Of a stretch of 51,343 bases of DNA, positions 10,074 through 19,301 are shown in pieces. The DNA lies in the IMG/VR virus record IMGVR_UViG_3300011912_000001. One strand, 5' to 3'. The DNA comes from an uncultured virus (IMG/VR IMGVR_UViG_3300011912_000001) (taxonomy: Duplodnaviria; Heunggongvirae; Uroviricota; Caudoviricetes). The first letter of the stretch is position 1. Each line of letters opens with the position of its first letter. Below the pieces are notes generated by a model that was given only the letters and a program-made list of their open reading frames with translations, made no database searches and had not been told where the DNA came from. Position numbers and translations under genes: made by a program.

Positions 10074-11225
10074 TTAACGTTGTTCAAGTTTCGTACGCAT
10101 CGTTGTGTATGCATTACGAAGATTTGGGTAAGAATCCCGTGCCGTTGCTACTTGTTTGATGGCATCGACGACGATTTGTTTCTTACGGTCGCTCATTAAA
10201 TCATAATCATTGTCCATGACCGCTCCGATGATGAATGACATTTCGACAGAACGAATTCGAATGTAATTATTATCAGGGTGGTTCGTGAACTCACCGGCAA
10301 TGAATTTCAACGCACGGTCAAACACATTTGGGAAATGGGTAATCGAGTTTTGAATGCCGCGTCGTGTTCCTTCATCAAGTGTATCATTCGAGAAGAGACG
10401 AAGGAATGATTTCTTATCTTTTGAAGAAGGCGTGCTGTCAAATAAGACAGGGACCAAGAATAAGAATACAGACGAGAGGTAGAAACGGTCTTGAATGCCA
10501 AAGGTAGCTGGAGAAACATTGTTCTGACGGTAGACATGCGGCAAACGCGCGAGCATATCTTTGAAGATGATACCGTGTCGTGTCGCAAGGGCAATGATTT
10601 GGTCTTCCATTTTCAATTTCGTACCCGCTGTATTCGTCAAGTTGAACCATGTCACTTGTCCTTCGAAGTCAAGGTCATGCGCTGTCTGTGTCGCAATGCG
10701 GAACAAACGGATGCGGTCATAAATTAAGTTCAAGAACTGCTCAAGGTCTTCTTTTCCTTCACGGAATAAGTCTCGACGAAGGGCGTTCCAGTTCTGAGGA
10801 TTCATGAGAGCAGAAACAGGAACATCAACGAAATGACTCGAATGTGGTTTAGATTTCACTTCGAATCGTTTTGTGCGCACGCTGTAAAACAATTCATCAT
10901 CAAACTTACCAAGGTAAGAGCGAAGCAATGAGTCCGTCCGCTGACGACCATCGACGACCAAGAAGTAATCTTGTGGTAACGCGACATCATCACCCATGAA
11001 TGAAATCGGTTGTGTCTTTTCTTCTTCTCCTGAAGTTGCCAAAAGAATAGGAGATAATGGAATGCGCTGTTGATTTGTTGTATCGTCATATGAATTAATC
11101 ATGAAATTTAAAAGAGATTGAACTTGTTTAATTGTCCATGTGTAAGAACGTTGATAAATTGGAATGGCAATGCGGGACTCCATTGTAGCTTGCAGTAAAG
11201 ATTGGACGTTGTTTGGTTCTTGCAT
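10074..11225 (-). CDS. DUF262 (GmrS/ParB-Srx-like) domain protein
   Basis: IPIYQRSYTW and VVDGRQRTDSL motifs. Confidence 0.8.
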   Translation of the reverse strand: MQEPNNVQSLLQATMESRIAIPIYQRSYTWTIKQVQSLLNFMINSYDDTTNQQRIPLSPILLATSGEEEKTQPISFMGDDVALPQDYFLVVDGRQRTDSLLRSYLGKFDDELFYSVRTKRFEVKSKPHSSHFVDVPVSALMNPQNWNALRRDLFREGKEDLEQFLNLIYDRIRLFRIATQTAHDLDFEGQVTWFNLTNTAGTKLKMEDQIIALATRHGIIFKDMLARLPHVYRQNNVSPATFGIQDRFYLSSVFLFLVPVLFDSTPSSKDKKSFLRLFSNDTLDEGTRRGIQNSITHFPNVFDRALKFIAGEFTNHPDNNYIRIRSVEMSFIIGAVMDNDYDLMSDRKKQIVVDAIKQVATARDSYPNLRNAYTTMRTKLEQR

Positions 11226-11267
11226 GAGAAAAACTCCTTTTTTATATTAGTGGTAGAATACGTTCTA

Positions 11268-11296
11268 AGTTTAAAAGATGAAGAAGAAAGTTGCAA
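11268..11296 (-). promoter_or_regulatory. sigma-A-like promoter for the DUF262 gene
   Basis: TTGCAA-17 nt-TAAACT. Confidence 0.55.
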
Positions 11297-11322
11297 TGAA
11301 AATAAACAAGAAGCGGTTTGAA

Positions 11323-11350
11323 TGTTACAGGATTGTATCACAAGTGTAAA
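11323..11350 (+). promoter_or_regulatory. Candidate WalR (YycF) boxes
   Basis: TGTTAC-N5-TGTATC-N5-TGTAAA versus consensus TGTWAH-N5-TGTWAH, upstream of a YocH-like gene. Confidence 0.55.
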
Positions 11351-11408
11351 ATACAAATCCTTCCTGACGGGTTAAAGTAAAGCATAACCTAAAAGGAGGT
11401 AGCATATA

Positions 11409-12020
11409 TTGCTAAAAAAACTCATGTTAACAGCAATGGCGGCTGGCCTTATCTTTAGCGTTTCTCCCCAAGAAACAGAAGCCGCGTCATCAAAGAAAGT
11501 CACGGTCAAGGTCAGTGCCTTGAACGTCCGTGCGAAGGCGACGGTAAATTCTTCGAAAGTCGGTACCGTCTACAAGAACCAGAAGCTTACATATAAAGGT
11601 AGCGTGGGTGCTTGGAAGAAGGTTTCTTATAAAGGGAAAACACGCTATGTCCACGGCGCATACGTTGGTGGTACAAGCAAAGCCAAGTCCAAGAAGACAG
11701 CAGTAAAGGCGTCAACACGAGGGTCGTATAAAATGACCATGAACACAAGCGCATACACGCCCTACTGTGTCGGATGTTCCGGCATTACTGCAAGCGGAAT
11801 CAACGTCAAGAACAGCCAAACCTACAAAGGATATAAAATCATCGCCGCTGGACGTCAGTTCAAAATCGGTACGAAGATGTATATTCCCGGATTTGGTCAT
11901 GCCATTGTACAAGACCGTGGTGGCGCTATCGTCGGCAACAAACTAGACTTACTCGTTCGTACAAAATCACAAGCGTACAGCTGGGGACGGAAGAACGTTA
12001 CCGTCACCATCTACCGCTAA
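11409..12020 (+). CDS. Secreted SH3b + 3D domain cell-wall lytic transglycosylase (YocH-like)
   Basis: Signal peptide ending in AEA-like site; ALNVRA...WKKVSYKGKTRYV (SH3b); SAYT...GITASG...QDRGGAIVGNKLDL (3D); TTG start with AAGGAGG. Confidence 0.9.
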   Translation: MLKKLMLTAMAAGLIFSVSPQETEAASSKKVTVKVSALNVRAKATVNSSKVGTVYKNQKLTYKGSVGAWKKVSYKGKTRYVHGAYVGGTSKAKSKKTAVKASTRGSYKMTMNTSAYTPYCVGCSGITASGINVKNSQTYKGYKIIAAGRQFKIGTKMYIPGFGHAIVQDRGGAIVGNKLDLLVRTKSQAYSWGRKNVTVTIYR

Positions 12021-12031
12021 CAGGTTAGAAC

Positions 12032-12060
12032 AAGGACACTCCTTAGGGGGTGTCTTTTTC
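12032..12060 (+). terminator. Intrinsic terminator
   Basis: GGACACTCC/GGGGTGTCT stem followed by T-tract. Confidence 0.75.
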
Positions 12061-12119
12061 TTTGAAATGATTGTAGGCGATGATGACATCTTCAATCTGT
12101 TCGAGTGAAGGAATCTCGT

Positions 12120-12422
12120 CTAAGGGGATACCTCTTTCTTCAATTGAAGCTTCGATTTGAACAAGCATGTTGTAATCAAGCGTCCAGCCTTCTCACTCTT
12201 TTTGCCTTTCCCTTTTAAAACGACATGACTAGGAGACAACAAACTATAGTGGGAAGCAACTTGGTCATAAGCATCTTCTATATCCATGCCAGTGGTTTCT
12301 TCCACACTTGAAACTTGGTCCCAAAAGACAAGGGAATCGAGCTCCCATCCATCATTGACGGTAGACTGGGATTGTTCATCGACATGTTTGCTGAGTAATT
12401 TGTATTTTTCTTTTTCTGTCAT
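12120..12422 (-). CDS. Hypothetical protein
   Basis: ORF following Sir2 with RBS. Confidence 0.55.
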   Translation of the reverse strand: MTEKEKYKLLSKHVDEQSQSTVNDGWELDSLVFWDQVSSVEETTGMDIEDAYDQVASHYSLLSPSHVVLKGKGKKSEKAGRLITTCLFKSKLQLKKEVSP

Positions 12423-12426
12423 GCAA

Positions 12427-13167
12427 TTACCTTCTTTCTCCATGTTGAATCAGACCTAAATGCGTGTTTAGTTCTTGTAAGACTTCCACGATGTCTCCGT
12501 ATGAACGGAATGACACCTTCCCATCATAGGGTGTACCTGATTTCGTAATGATAGCGGTCCGTGCCCGGTTACTCAGTCCAATCTCTAGTAAATCACTGAA
12601 AGGTCGGACTTCAAGAGAGGTACCAACGACAAGAATAAAGTCGGCGGTCAAGCACGCCGCCATCGCATCTGTCCACTGAGAGACAGGGATATCTTCTCCG
12701 TAGAGAACAACAGGCGGGCGAATGGTTCCTTCAAAACATTTTGGGCACCGGGTATCGTCTACGGTGTTGTAATAAAGAGAAGCATACCGTTGCGCACAAT
12801 GATTACATTCGAAGTATCGCATGTGTCCATGCATCTCAATCGCATGTTTCCCGTGGTAACCATCAATGTTTTGGGNNNNNNNNNNGATGATGGTGGCGCC
12901 GTACCGCTGTCGCCACTCTTCTAAGATGTCATGTCCCGGGTTCGGATGATAACGACGGATGGCTTGGGCTCGTTCCCGGAAGAAATCCCGGAACTCTGGA
13001 GTTCCGATTTTTGAGGCATGGGAAATCTCAAGCGGGTCTCGCCCGTCCCATAAGCCTCCGTTCGAACGGAAATCAGAGAGCCCACTGGCGGTGGACATCC
13101 CTGCTCCCGTCAACACCACAATCCTTTTTGCATCATGAATGGCTTGCACAAACTGTTGTAATGACAT
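12427..13167 (-). CDS. cobB: Sir2/CobB NAD-dependent deacylase (spans N gap)
   Basis: LTGAGMSTASGLSDFRS, QNIDG, EMHG, CxxC..CxxC, RPPVVLYGE, VGTSLEV. Confidence 0.92.
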   Translation of the reverse strand: MSLQQFVQAIHDAKRIVVLTGAGMSTASGLSDFRSNGGLWDGRDPLEISHASKIGTPEFRDFFRERAQAIRRYHPNPGHDILEEWRQRYGATIIXXXXQNIDGYHGKHAIEMHGHMRYFECNHCAQRYASLYYNTVDDTRCPKCFEGTIRPPVVLYGEDIPVSQWTDAMAACLTADFILVVGTSLEVRPFSDLLEIGLSNRARTAIITKSGTPYDGKVSFRSYGDIVEVLQELNTHLGLIQHGERR

Positions 13168-13178
13168 ATGCAATCTCC

Positions 13179-13820
13179 TTAAAATGAATTCTTTGGCATA
13201 CTGGCATCAAAGAGGTCAAAGTTTTCTTTATTGAGAGTTAAATCTTCTCGTAGTTCAGCATAAGAAGAGTAGGAGGATTGGGCAAGTGCTTGCTGGAAGT
13301 AAGTCGGTGCTGGTTGTCCTTCTTCAATAAAATGAATACTTTGTTTGGCAAGAATCCAGTAGGCATTTGTTGTCAAAGACATGTCATTAGCTAGCAAAAG
13401 ATATTTATTTTGACTAGCTTTTGAGTAAACATCATCGAGTACGACATGCTTCGCGAAACGCTTGCGCCATTCACTGATGTCTTGTTGTGCTTGTTTGAAA
13501 TGCATGATGGCAGTGTCGGGCGACGGATTCGTTCCCTCCATCTGATACATGCCTTCTTCAAACTCTGTCTTAATAATAAAGTCTAAATCCTTGAATAAAG
13601 CTTCTCGTTCTTTGACGAGCATCTCATGATTTAGTAGAGGTTCTTTGATATCAGAAGAAACTTGTTCTTCGACAGGTTCTATTACATACCAGAGACCAAG
13701 ACAAGAAAGAGCAACCACAGTTGTGATTACTCCAAGACGTGCTAGCCATTTTTGTTTGAATTGTTTGCGCTGTTGACGCCGCTTGCGTTGATTTGTTTCT
13801 AGACGATTCATGGTCACCAC
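13179..13820 (-). CDS. Membrane-anchored hypothetical protein
   Basis: Basic N-terminus followed by one hydrophobic helix. Confidence 0.7.
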   Translation of the reverse strand: MVTMNRLETNQRKRRQQRKQFKQKWLARLGVITTVVALSCLGLWYVIEPVEEQVSSDIKEPLLNHEMLVKEREALFKDLDFIIKTEFEEGMYQMEGTNPSPDTAIMHFKQAQQDISEWRKRFAKHVVLDDVYSKASQNKYLLLANDMSLTTNAYWILAKQSIHFIEEGQPAPTYFQQALAQSSYSSYAELREDLTLNKENFDLFDASMPKNSF

Positions 13821-13990
13821 TTCTTTCTCCAGCTTAAGCCTTTGAGAAGGCGAATGCTGGTCTGGAGTCCACGCTTGCTGACGTTGTGCTTGACGCGTCC
13901 TTTCCCAAACGAAAGGGAAGGGCCCGTCTTTGAAATGTTCAGTCGAATGCTCTTGCCTATCTTGAAGCTTTTGTAAAATCGAAAGCCCAT
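13814..13990 (-). CDS. DUF4236-like small basic protein
   Basis: MGFRFYKSFKIGKSIRLNISKTGPSLSFG; AAGGAGG RBS. Confidence 0.75.
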   Translation of the reverse strand: MGFRFYKSFKIGKSIRLNISKTGPSLSFGKGRVKHNVSKRGLQTSIRLLKGLSWRKKW

Positions 13991-14009
13991 GACGGGCACC
14001 TCCTTTAAC

Positions 14010-14576
14010 TTATTGTTTCGATTGATATTCCTCGTAGAGACGCTCGACTTCTTCAATTGATTGTTTCTGTAATTGCAATTGTTCAATTTGATTATCAATA
14101 TCTTGTTTCAATTGAATGAAGACCGAAGAAGACCATGAAATATTTCCGCCTTCTACTTGAATCGATTCTGCTGAAGGCTCTTTGACTTCAGGTGATGCCG
14201 TAAGAGATTCAGAGAATGATGGAACGTCGATAGTAGAAACGCTCGTAAAATTAACTTTCTTTTTCTTCTTATTTGAATTCTTATCGGAAGCAACGGTTCC
14301 TTTATTGGCTTTACCGACGCTTCGTCCATTTTGTTCCCGAACTTCTGAGACTCTCTTGACGTAAGAAGTATACTCTGCATCCGAACGGTCAAGGTTCGCA
14401 TAAATTTCTTTTACGTCTTTTGTCGAGAAGATAACTCCTCGATAGATATATAGGCGAATGGTATTCACGGAATAATGATAACGTTTTGAAAGGAACAAAA
14501 GAATTTCTTCTGGTGATAGTTCGTCAACGGATTTCAAAGGTTCTTTTTGATAATAAATAGCTCCAAGTTTTTTCAT
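14010..14576 (-). CDS. Hypothetical protein, C-terminal coiled coil
   Basis: ATG 14576 after AAGGAG; divergent from the candidate ncRNA. Confidence 0.7.
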   Translation of the reverse strand: MKKLGAIYYQKEPLKSVDELSPEEILLFLSKRYHYSVNTIRLYIYRGVIFSTKDVKEIYANLDRSDAEYTSYVKRVSEVREQNGRSVGKANKGTVASDKNSNKKKKKVNFTSVSTIDVPSFSESLTASPEVKEPSAESIQVEGGNISWSSSVFIQLKQDIDNQIEQLQLQKQSIEEVERLYEEYQSKQ

Positions 14577-14722
14577 GTGAAGATATCTCCTTTTCATGTT
14601 GTAAAAAATTTTTTTATAATCGCGCGCGAAAATAATACAAATTTCAAAAAGCAAATCGTTTTCCTTACACCTTATACATTATCAGATAATAAATAAAAAA
14701 AGTAGTCGGAAGAAAAAAGAAC

Positions 14723-14752
14723 TTGCTTTTGGATTTCCTTACAGCGTATACT
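14723..14752 (+). promoter_or_regulatory. sigma-A-like promoter pointing into the non-coding region
   Basis: TTGCTT-18 nt-TATACT; overlaps TTATCCACG (8/9 DnaA box match). Confidence 0.5.
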
Positions 14753-14759
14753 TATCCAC

Positions 14760-15162
14760 GAAGAAATGGACAAGTGAATACCCGTCATATATGCGGGTCG
14801 CGTGGACTGCCAACTTACACGCTGAAGAAAACTAAACTGGACAGGGTGAGCTCCCCCGATGCAATAAGCAGGGCACTTCAACGGAAGACAGGTCGTGTCT
14901 AGACTGTCGTTGAAGGTGGTTGGCCGCACAACTTAAAAAGGCGGAGACGAGGCACTCTGGTATCACGAGAAATCGGGATACGGAGCGATGACAGGTGAGC
15001 TAACGCGAACACACTGAGGGCAGAGGTAAGGTGAGTCATCGTCGAAGGTAAAACTTCGAAAGTCACTAGACACCGATGAAGACGGAAACCCCAACCAGAC
15101 TAGCAATCGACGGAACGTCATATCACCGAACTTTTCCCTGAGCCTTGATATCCTTTTTTTTT
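14760..15162 (+). ncRNA. Candidate large structured non-coding RNA (family not recognised)
   Basis: No credible ORF, higher GC than flanks, multiple hairpins, long-range GTGTCTAG/CTAGACAC pairing, upstream promoter, poly-T at ~15153-15162. Confidence 0.55.
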
Positions 15163-15227
15163 GTGGTGTCTGGGCTCAGGGTGAAGTCTGCTCCGATACC
15201 GTTTCCCTTCCTGCAAAGCATCTCTGG

Positions 15228-15256
15228 AATGTATATACACCCACTCCCCTTGTCAA
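15228..15256 (-). promoter_or_regulatory. sigma-A promoter convergent on the candidate ncRNA
   Basis: TTGACA-17 nt-TACATT. Confidence 0.6.
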
Positions 15257-15347
15257 GTAACTTGAACAGTTTCGACACTTGACCTACACAAGACCAACTG
15301 CCGAAACTGACAAACCTTAAAGACAAAAGAACAAGAGCAGACGAACA

Positions 15348-16028
15348 TTACTCCGGGAGAAGTCTGACTCGCTCTAGAGAACGGTGTCTCCCTATAAGAT
15401 ACGGTTGCAAGATGATGACATCCCGCTCCATGGACACATCAATCGAAGTCACTCCTTGATTAAGCAAGTTGAATAGGAGTTCCCGGAAATGTCCTTCTGG
15501 ATGAATAGTCGGACGTTCGTGTCCATAGGTGAGGGAATGCGCCGCATAGAGACTGACATGATACATCCCTTGATAAAAGTACGTATCAGAGTTTTCTTCT
15601 GTTGACGGAGTGACCTCAAACTGAAGCTGAAGACTATCAAACGTTAAGAGTGGGGTCAAGAACCGTTGAAGCTCTTCAAAGTAGACTGGGTCTAAGGGAA
15701 CGACTGGAATAAGTGGAGCGCCTACTTGTTGCGGATTCATCAAGCGGTCATCTTGTAAGGTATCAATGTGATGGGTCTTCAAGAGATAAGGTGGCGTCAA
15801 CACATATTCTGTTGCCCGGTGCCGTTGTGTCATAAGCGTGATAATCTGTTGCTCTAACATGGCATTGAGAATTTGGCGTTCGAACGGATTCGCGTAATTG
15901 TACAAATTCGGATGATGCCGAAGAATGGACAAGTGCGTATACGTGAGCAAAGGGAACGTTTCTTTCTTCTCAAAACACATGTTAATGGGATTGTAGAGAG
16001 ATGTAGAACGAATCGTAAAGTCTAACAT
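15348..16028 (-). CDS. Hypothetical protein
   Basis: 226 aa, AAAGGAG RBS, extended -10 TGCTATACT upstream. Confidence 0.75.
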   Translation of the reverse strand: MLDFTIRSTSLYNPINMCFEKKETFPLLTYTHLSILRHHPNLYNYANPFERQILNAMLEQQIITLMTQRHRATEYVLTPPYLLKTHHIDTLQDDRLMNPQQVGAPLIPVVPLDPVYFEELQRFLTPLLTFDSLQLQFEVTPSTEENSDTYFYQGMYHVSLYAAHSLTYGHERPTIHPEGHFRELLFNLLNQGVTSIDVSMERDVIILQPYLIGRHRSLERVRLLPE

Positions 16029-16060
16029 CGTAAGAACTCCTTTCTAAGAACTGATAAGAG

Positions 16061-16079
16061 AAGGGGCGTAGCCCCGGCT
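16061..16079. repeat. Dispersed hairpin repeat AAGGGGCGTAGCCCCGGCT, copy 1
   Basis: Identical to copies at 17754, 33063 and 33663. Confidence 0.9.
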
Positions 16080-16167
16080 ATCTTTCAGTATAGCAAGTCC
16101 TCGTGTAAAAAGGGTTTTTGGCTATTTTTAAAAAAAAGGGGTTCCGTTGCCGGAGACCCCTTGGTGT

Positions 16168-16569
16168 TTAGATTTCGCCAAGAAGACGAAGTGTTTGATT
16201 AAGTTCAGCTTGACGTCCACGTAGACGGATAAGCTCGTTGTTATCCGCACGAGATAATTCACTGCCTTCTGCACGGAGACGTGCTTGTTTCGCATTCAAG
16301 ACAATCAAGCGGTCGTCTGTACGACGAGCTGACGCTTGTTCGTCCTTGAGTGCTTTTTTCTTGCGGCAGAGAACGCCTTCAAGTGATTCGATATCGTGTT
16401 CAAGGATGCGGACAGCACCTTTGTGGTGGTTTTGTTTTTTACGGAGACGTTCGACTTCACGTTTTTCTGAGTCGTTGAGGTCGCCAGCAGAGCGTTTTTT
16501 CATGATTTCTTGGACTTGTGCTTCTAAACGGATGATTTCTACACGTGCGTTATCTGCTACTAATGACAT
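16168..16569 (-). CDS. Coiled-coil hypothetical protein
   Basis: ATG after GGAGG; charged helical sequence; terminator hairpin at ~16130-16162. Confidence 0.75.
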   Translation of the reverse strand: MSLVADNARVEIIRLEAQVQEIMKKRSAGDLNDSEKREVERLRKKQNHHKGAVRILEHDIESLEGVLCRKKKALKDEQASARRTDDRLIVLNAKQARLRAEGSELSRADNNELIRLRGRQAELNQTLRLLGEI

Positions 16570-16589
16570 AAGGGATTCCTCCAAAGGTT

Positions 16590-16775
16590 TTATTCGTCTT
16601 CCGACGTAAGTTCTTCATACAATAAAGCTTCTTCAATCTTTTCGTCTTCGATACCGCCACATTCGCCTTCTTCCATCATTTGACGGGCATATTCGACGGC
16701 GTCACTGATGTTCGGTGCATCGATGACAAAAGATTCAGTGGTCATGCGGTTCATATACACTTTAAAACGTTTCAC
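16590..16775 (-). CDS. Small acidic hypothetical protein
   Basis: GTG start after AAGGAGGAG. Confidence 0.7.
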   Translation of the reverse strand: MKRFKVYMNRMTTESFVIDAPNISDAVEYARQMMEEGECGGIEDEKIEEALLYEELTSEDE

Positions 16776-16805
16776 ATTATCTCCTCCTTGAAGAGAGGAA
16801 GCGCC

Positions 16806-17681
16806 TTAAAAAGACGCTTGTCCAATTTTAGCAAATGACTCGATGAAAGTTTTCAAGAAACTCTCATGGACATAGTACGATGGTGCCATCAAAGAACGGA
16901 CGCCGATTTCTTCGACAGCATGTTCTTCTTGTCCGATATAACGACGGACTTGACCTGAACGTTTGTGGAACTCAAGGGCACCGCCATCTTCGTCAATGAC
17001 TTCATATCCAGATGAAAGCATCATGAATGCCATCGCCCCTGTAATCGGCGTGAGACCGTCGAGAGAAATGAAACCGCTTTCATTCTGTTGGTACTGGAAG
17101 CTACCCGCTTGTTGTGTTGGTGCCATTGGAACGGAAACAGAAGAAGGGACAGCGACACCAGCACTTGCGCCAATACCGATTTGAGCACGGGCGCTGTCGA
17201 TAATCGATTGACGGCGTGCCTGTTCTTCTGCTTGTTTTGCGGCTTCTGCTTCTTCTGCCGCTTGTCGTGCCGCCGCTTGGATTTCAAGTGTGCGTTGGAC
17301 TTGTGCAATTTTCTCTTGTTCCTTTTGACGCTGAAGCTCTTCGAGACTGATAGAAGGAGGAGCAACCGGCATCGCTGGTTCCAGAGTCGCTTGCGGTGGT
17401 GCCACCATACCCATTGGAGCTTGTGGAATCAATTGGTATTGGATACGAGATGGGTCTTCTCGAACTTCCAATTGTTCAAGTGCAAGTTGGAAGACTTGGT
17501 TTGAACCAACATGGAGATTGAGGAAGACTTTAGGTTCTCCTGTCTCTAATTTAAGTTCTTCATTGATGACATCAAGGTCTCGTGTGAAGACATCCGTGTA
17601 GACACCGGGAATCGATTGAAGACGTTGTGTCTCTTCTAATGAAATGTTACGAATCTTGGCGATTTTAGCCATAATACTCAT
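16806..17681 (-). CDS. Hypothetical protein with central coiled coil
   Basis: 291 aa ORF, AAAGGAG RBS. Confidence 0.8.
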   Translation of the reverse strand: MSIMAKIAKIRNISLEETQRLQSIPGVYTDVFTRDLDVINEELKLETGEPKVFLNLHVGSNQVFQLALEQLEVREDPSRIQYQLIPQAPMGMVAPPQATLEPAMPVAPPSISLEELQRQKEQEKIAQVQRTLEIQAAARQAAEEAEAAKQAEEQARRQSIIDSARAQIGIGASAGVAVPSSVSVPMAPTQQAGSFQYQQNESGFISLDGLTPITGAMAFMMLSSGYEVIDEDGGALEFHKRSGQVRRYIGQEEHAVEEIGVRSLMAPSYYVHESFLKTFIESFAKIGQASF

Positions 17682-17753
17682 TTCTCCTTTGATAATGGAT
17701 TTGTTCGTAGGAATGTATGAGTGTACTCATTCTATTCCTATAAACATAAAACG

Positions 17754-17772
17754 AAGGGGCGTAGCCCCGGCT
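17754..17772. repeat. Dispersed hairpin repeat, copy 2
   Basis: AAGGGGCGTAGCCCCGGCT. Confidence 0.9.
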
Positions 17773-17792
17773 TTCCTTTGATTTTAAAACGG

Positions 17793-18647
17793 TTAGAATT
17801 CATCTGACGTACCGGAAAGGGAATCTTTTAAATAACCTTCGAGTTCTTGGATGAGATATTGACGGACGGATTCCAAATACTCGACGTCCGTCACTTGTAA
17901 AGAATAGAAATCTTCATTGAGTTCTTGTAATTGTGCTTCAAGGTCAGTGAAGTTTTCTTTTGTCATGTCCATGTATTCTTGTTGGTCTTTTTCAGGGAGC
18001 GCGTCGTAATCATAGACACGGACCTGTTCTCCGTCTGTTTGAAGGACTTCTCGAAGCTTACAATGCATGAGGGCATCATGGCGCCCGGAACCTTTTTTTA
18101 AGAATAACGCTTCTTGGTACGGGTTCTCTTTCCCTTCAAGCAAATTGTCCCGGAAGTCTTCGAGCAAGAACAGCGCACGTTGCATGTGCGATAACTGTTT
18201 GAGGTTGAAAAGGGTAGGGTCAGTGTGACTAAACACACGATTTTGAGCATTTTTGAATAACCCTTTCACAGACATGAACAACCGTCCCATGTCAGATTTA
18301 GCGAGTTGTTCCCGTTCATCGAATAAGAATTGAAGCATCGAATGAACATAGACGACATTCTGGGAAAAGAGCATATCTAAGAAATTCGGGTTTGATTTTA
18401 AAAGTTGATGTTCCAAATAACGGACATCATGGACTTTAAAATCAAAGGCTTCACTCTTGAATTCTGACGCATACATCCGACGATGATACAAATCTTCGAA
18501 CGTCGGCATGACGAAGACTTGGAAGTCCCTGTCAGAATCTTTAGTCTGAAGATTGTAGTTCAAACTACCGGTTTCGACGACCATCATGACTTCTCGTTCT
18601 TTGACTTGGTCATGCGTTTGGAAAAAACGTAAGTCATAAGTCATCAC
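17793..18647 (-). CDS. Pol-beta superfamily nucleotidyltransferase (phage NrdC.11/YcgL-like)
   Basis: GSLNYNLQTKDSDRDF (GS-x10-DxD) and LLKSNPNFLDMLFS. Confidence 0.8.
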   Translation of the reverse strand: MMTYDLRFFQTHDQVKEREVMMVVETGSLNYNLQTKDSDRDFQVFVMPTFEDLYHRRMYASEFKSEAFDFKVHDVRYLEHQLLKSNPNFLDMLFSQNVVYVHSMLQFLFDEREQLAKSDMGRLFMSVKGLFKNAQNRVFSHTDPTLFNLKQLSHMQRALFLLEDFRDNLLEGKENPYQEALFLKKGSGRHDALMHCKLREVLQTDGEQVRVYDYDALPEKDQQEYMDMTKENFTDLEAQLQELNEDFYSLQVTDVEYLESVRQYLIQELEGYLKDSLSGTSDEF

Positions 18648-18659
18648 TAAAACTCCTTT

Positions 18660-18854
18660 CTAACTACTGGATTGGTTCTCGTATAACTCTCTTAATACAT
18701 CAGGAGAAATTTCAACAATACGAAATTTATCGTAATGCGGGTTGTTTGCATATTTATTGAGGACACGCTGGGCAAGACCTCTTGACTTATAGACTTTAGA
18801 AGAAAAAACTTCTCCACTTTCCGGTTCAATGATTAAGAATTGTCCTCTTGCCAT
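18660..18854 (-). CDS. Small hypothetical protein
   Basis: AAGGAG RBS. Confidence 0.6.
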   Translation of the reverse strand: MARGQFLIIEPESGEVFSSKVYKSRGLAQRVLNKYANNPHYDKFRIVEISPDVLRELYENQSSS

Positions 18855-19081
18855 ACTAATACTCCTTCCATAGTCAAAACAACAGCTTTTGGTGGTGTTT
18901 CATCCCATTCCCAAAACGTGTGAAGGGAACCAACATTGACAGCGCGTGCAACACGTTTTGCTTCTTCTAGGGTATCAAAAGTAGTGGCTTCATGAATGTT
19001 TTTCGTAAAATCCCATGAAGCATAGGAAGGGTCAACAAAATAAATAGCATCCGATTTATCCTTTAGTACATATTTGCGCAT
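18833..19081 (-). CDS. Small hypothetical protein
   Basis: ATG 19081 after AAGGAGGAG. Confidence 0.65.
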   Translation of the reverse strand: MRKYVLKDKSDAIYFVDPSYASWDFTKNIHEATTFDTLEEAKRVARAVNVGSLHTFWEWDETPPKAVVLTMEGVLVWQEDNS

Positions 19082-19094
19082 TAAAACTCCTCCT

Positions 19095-19256
19095 TCATTT
19101 TGAAAACATGCCAGCGAAATCAAAATCTTTGATAGCTTGGCATCTTTCTTCATATTTTTTACGTTCTTGTTCCGTCATCTCAGGTTTTTCTCCTTTGGCT
19201 TCCGAATAAATGGTTTTCATGCGCCCATCCGAATAGGCGCCGTCATAAGTCGACAT
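19095..19256 (-). CDS. Small hypothetical protein
   Basis: ATG 19256 after AAAGGAG. Confidence 0.55.
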   Translation of the reverse strand: MSTYDGAYSDGRMKTIYSEAKGEKPEMTEQERKKYEERCQAIKDFDFAGMFSK

Positions 19257-19301
19257 AAAAACTCTCCTTTCTAAAAAAGCCCTTCCGAAGAAGGGCATGG
19301 A

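Noticed and set aside
14672..15326. ORFs 14672-14929 and 15123-15326; tmRNA or RNase P identity
   Set aside because: No RBS or protein-like features; no tRNA-like ends and no GAGGAAAGUCC signature.
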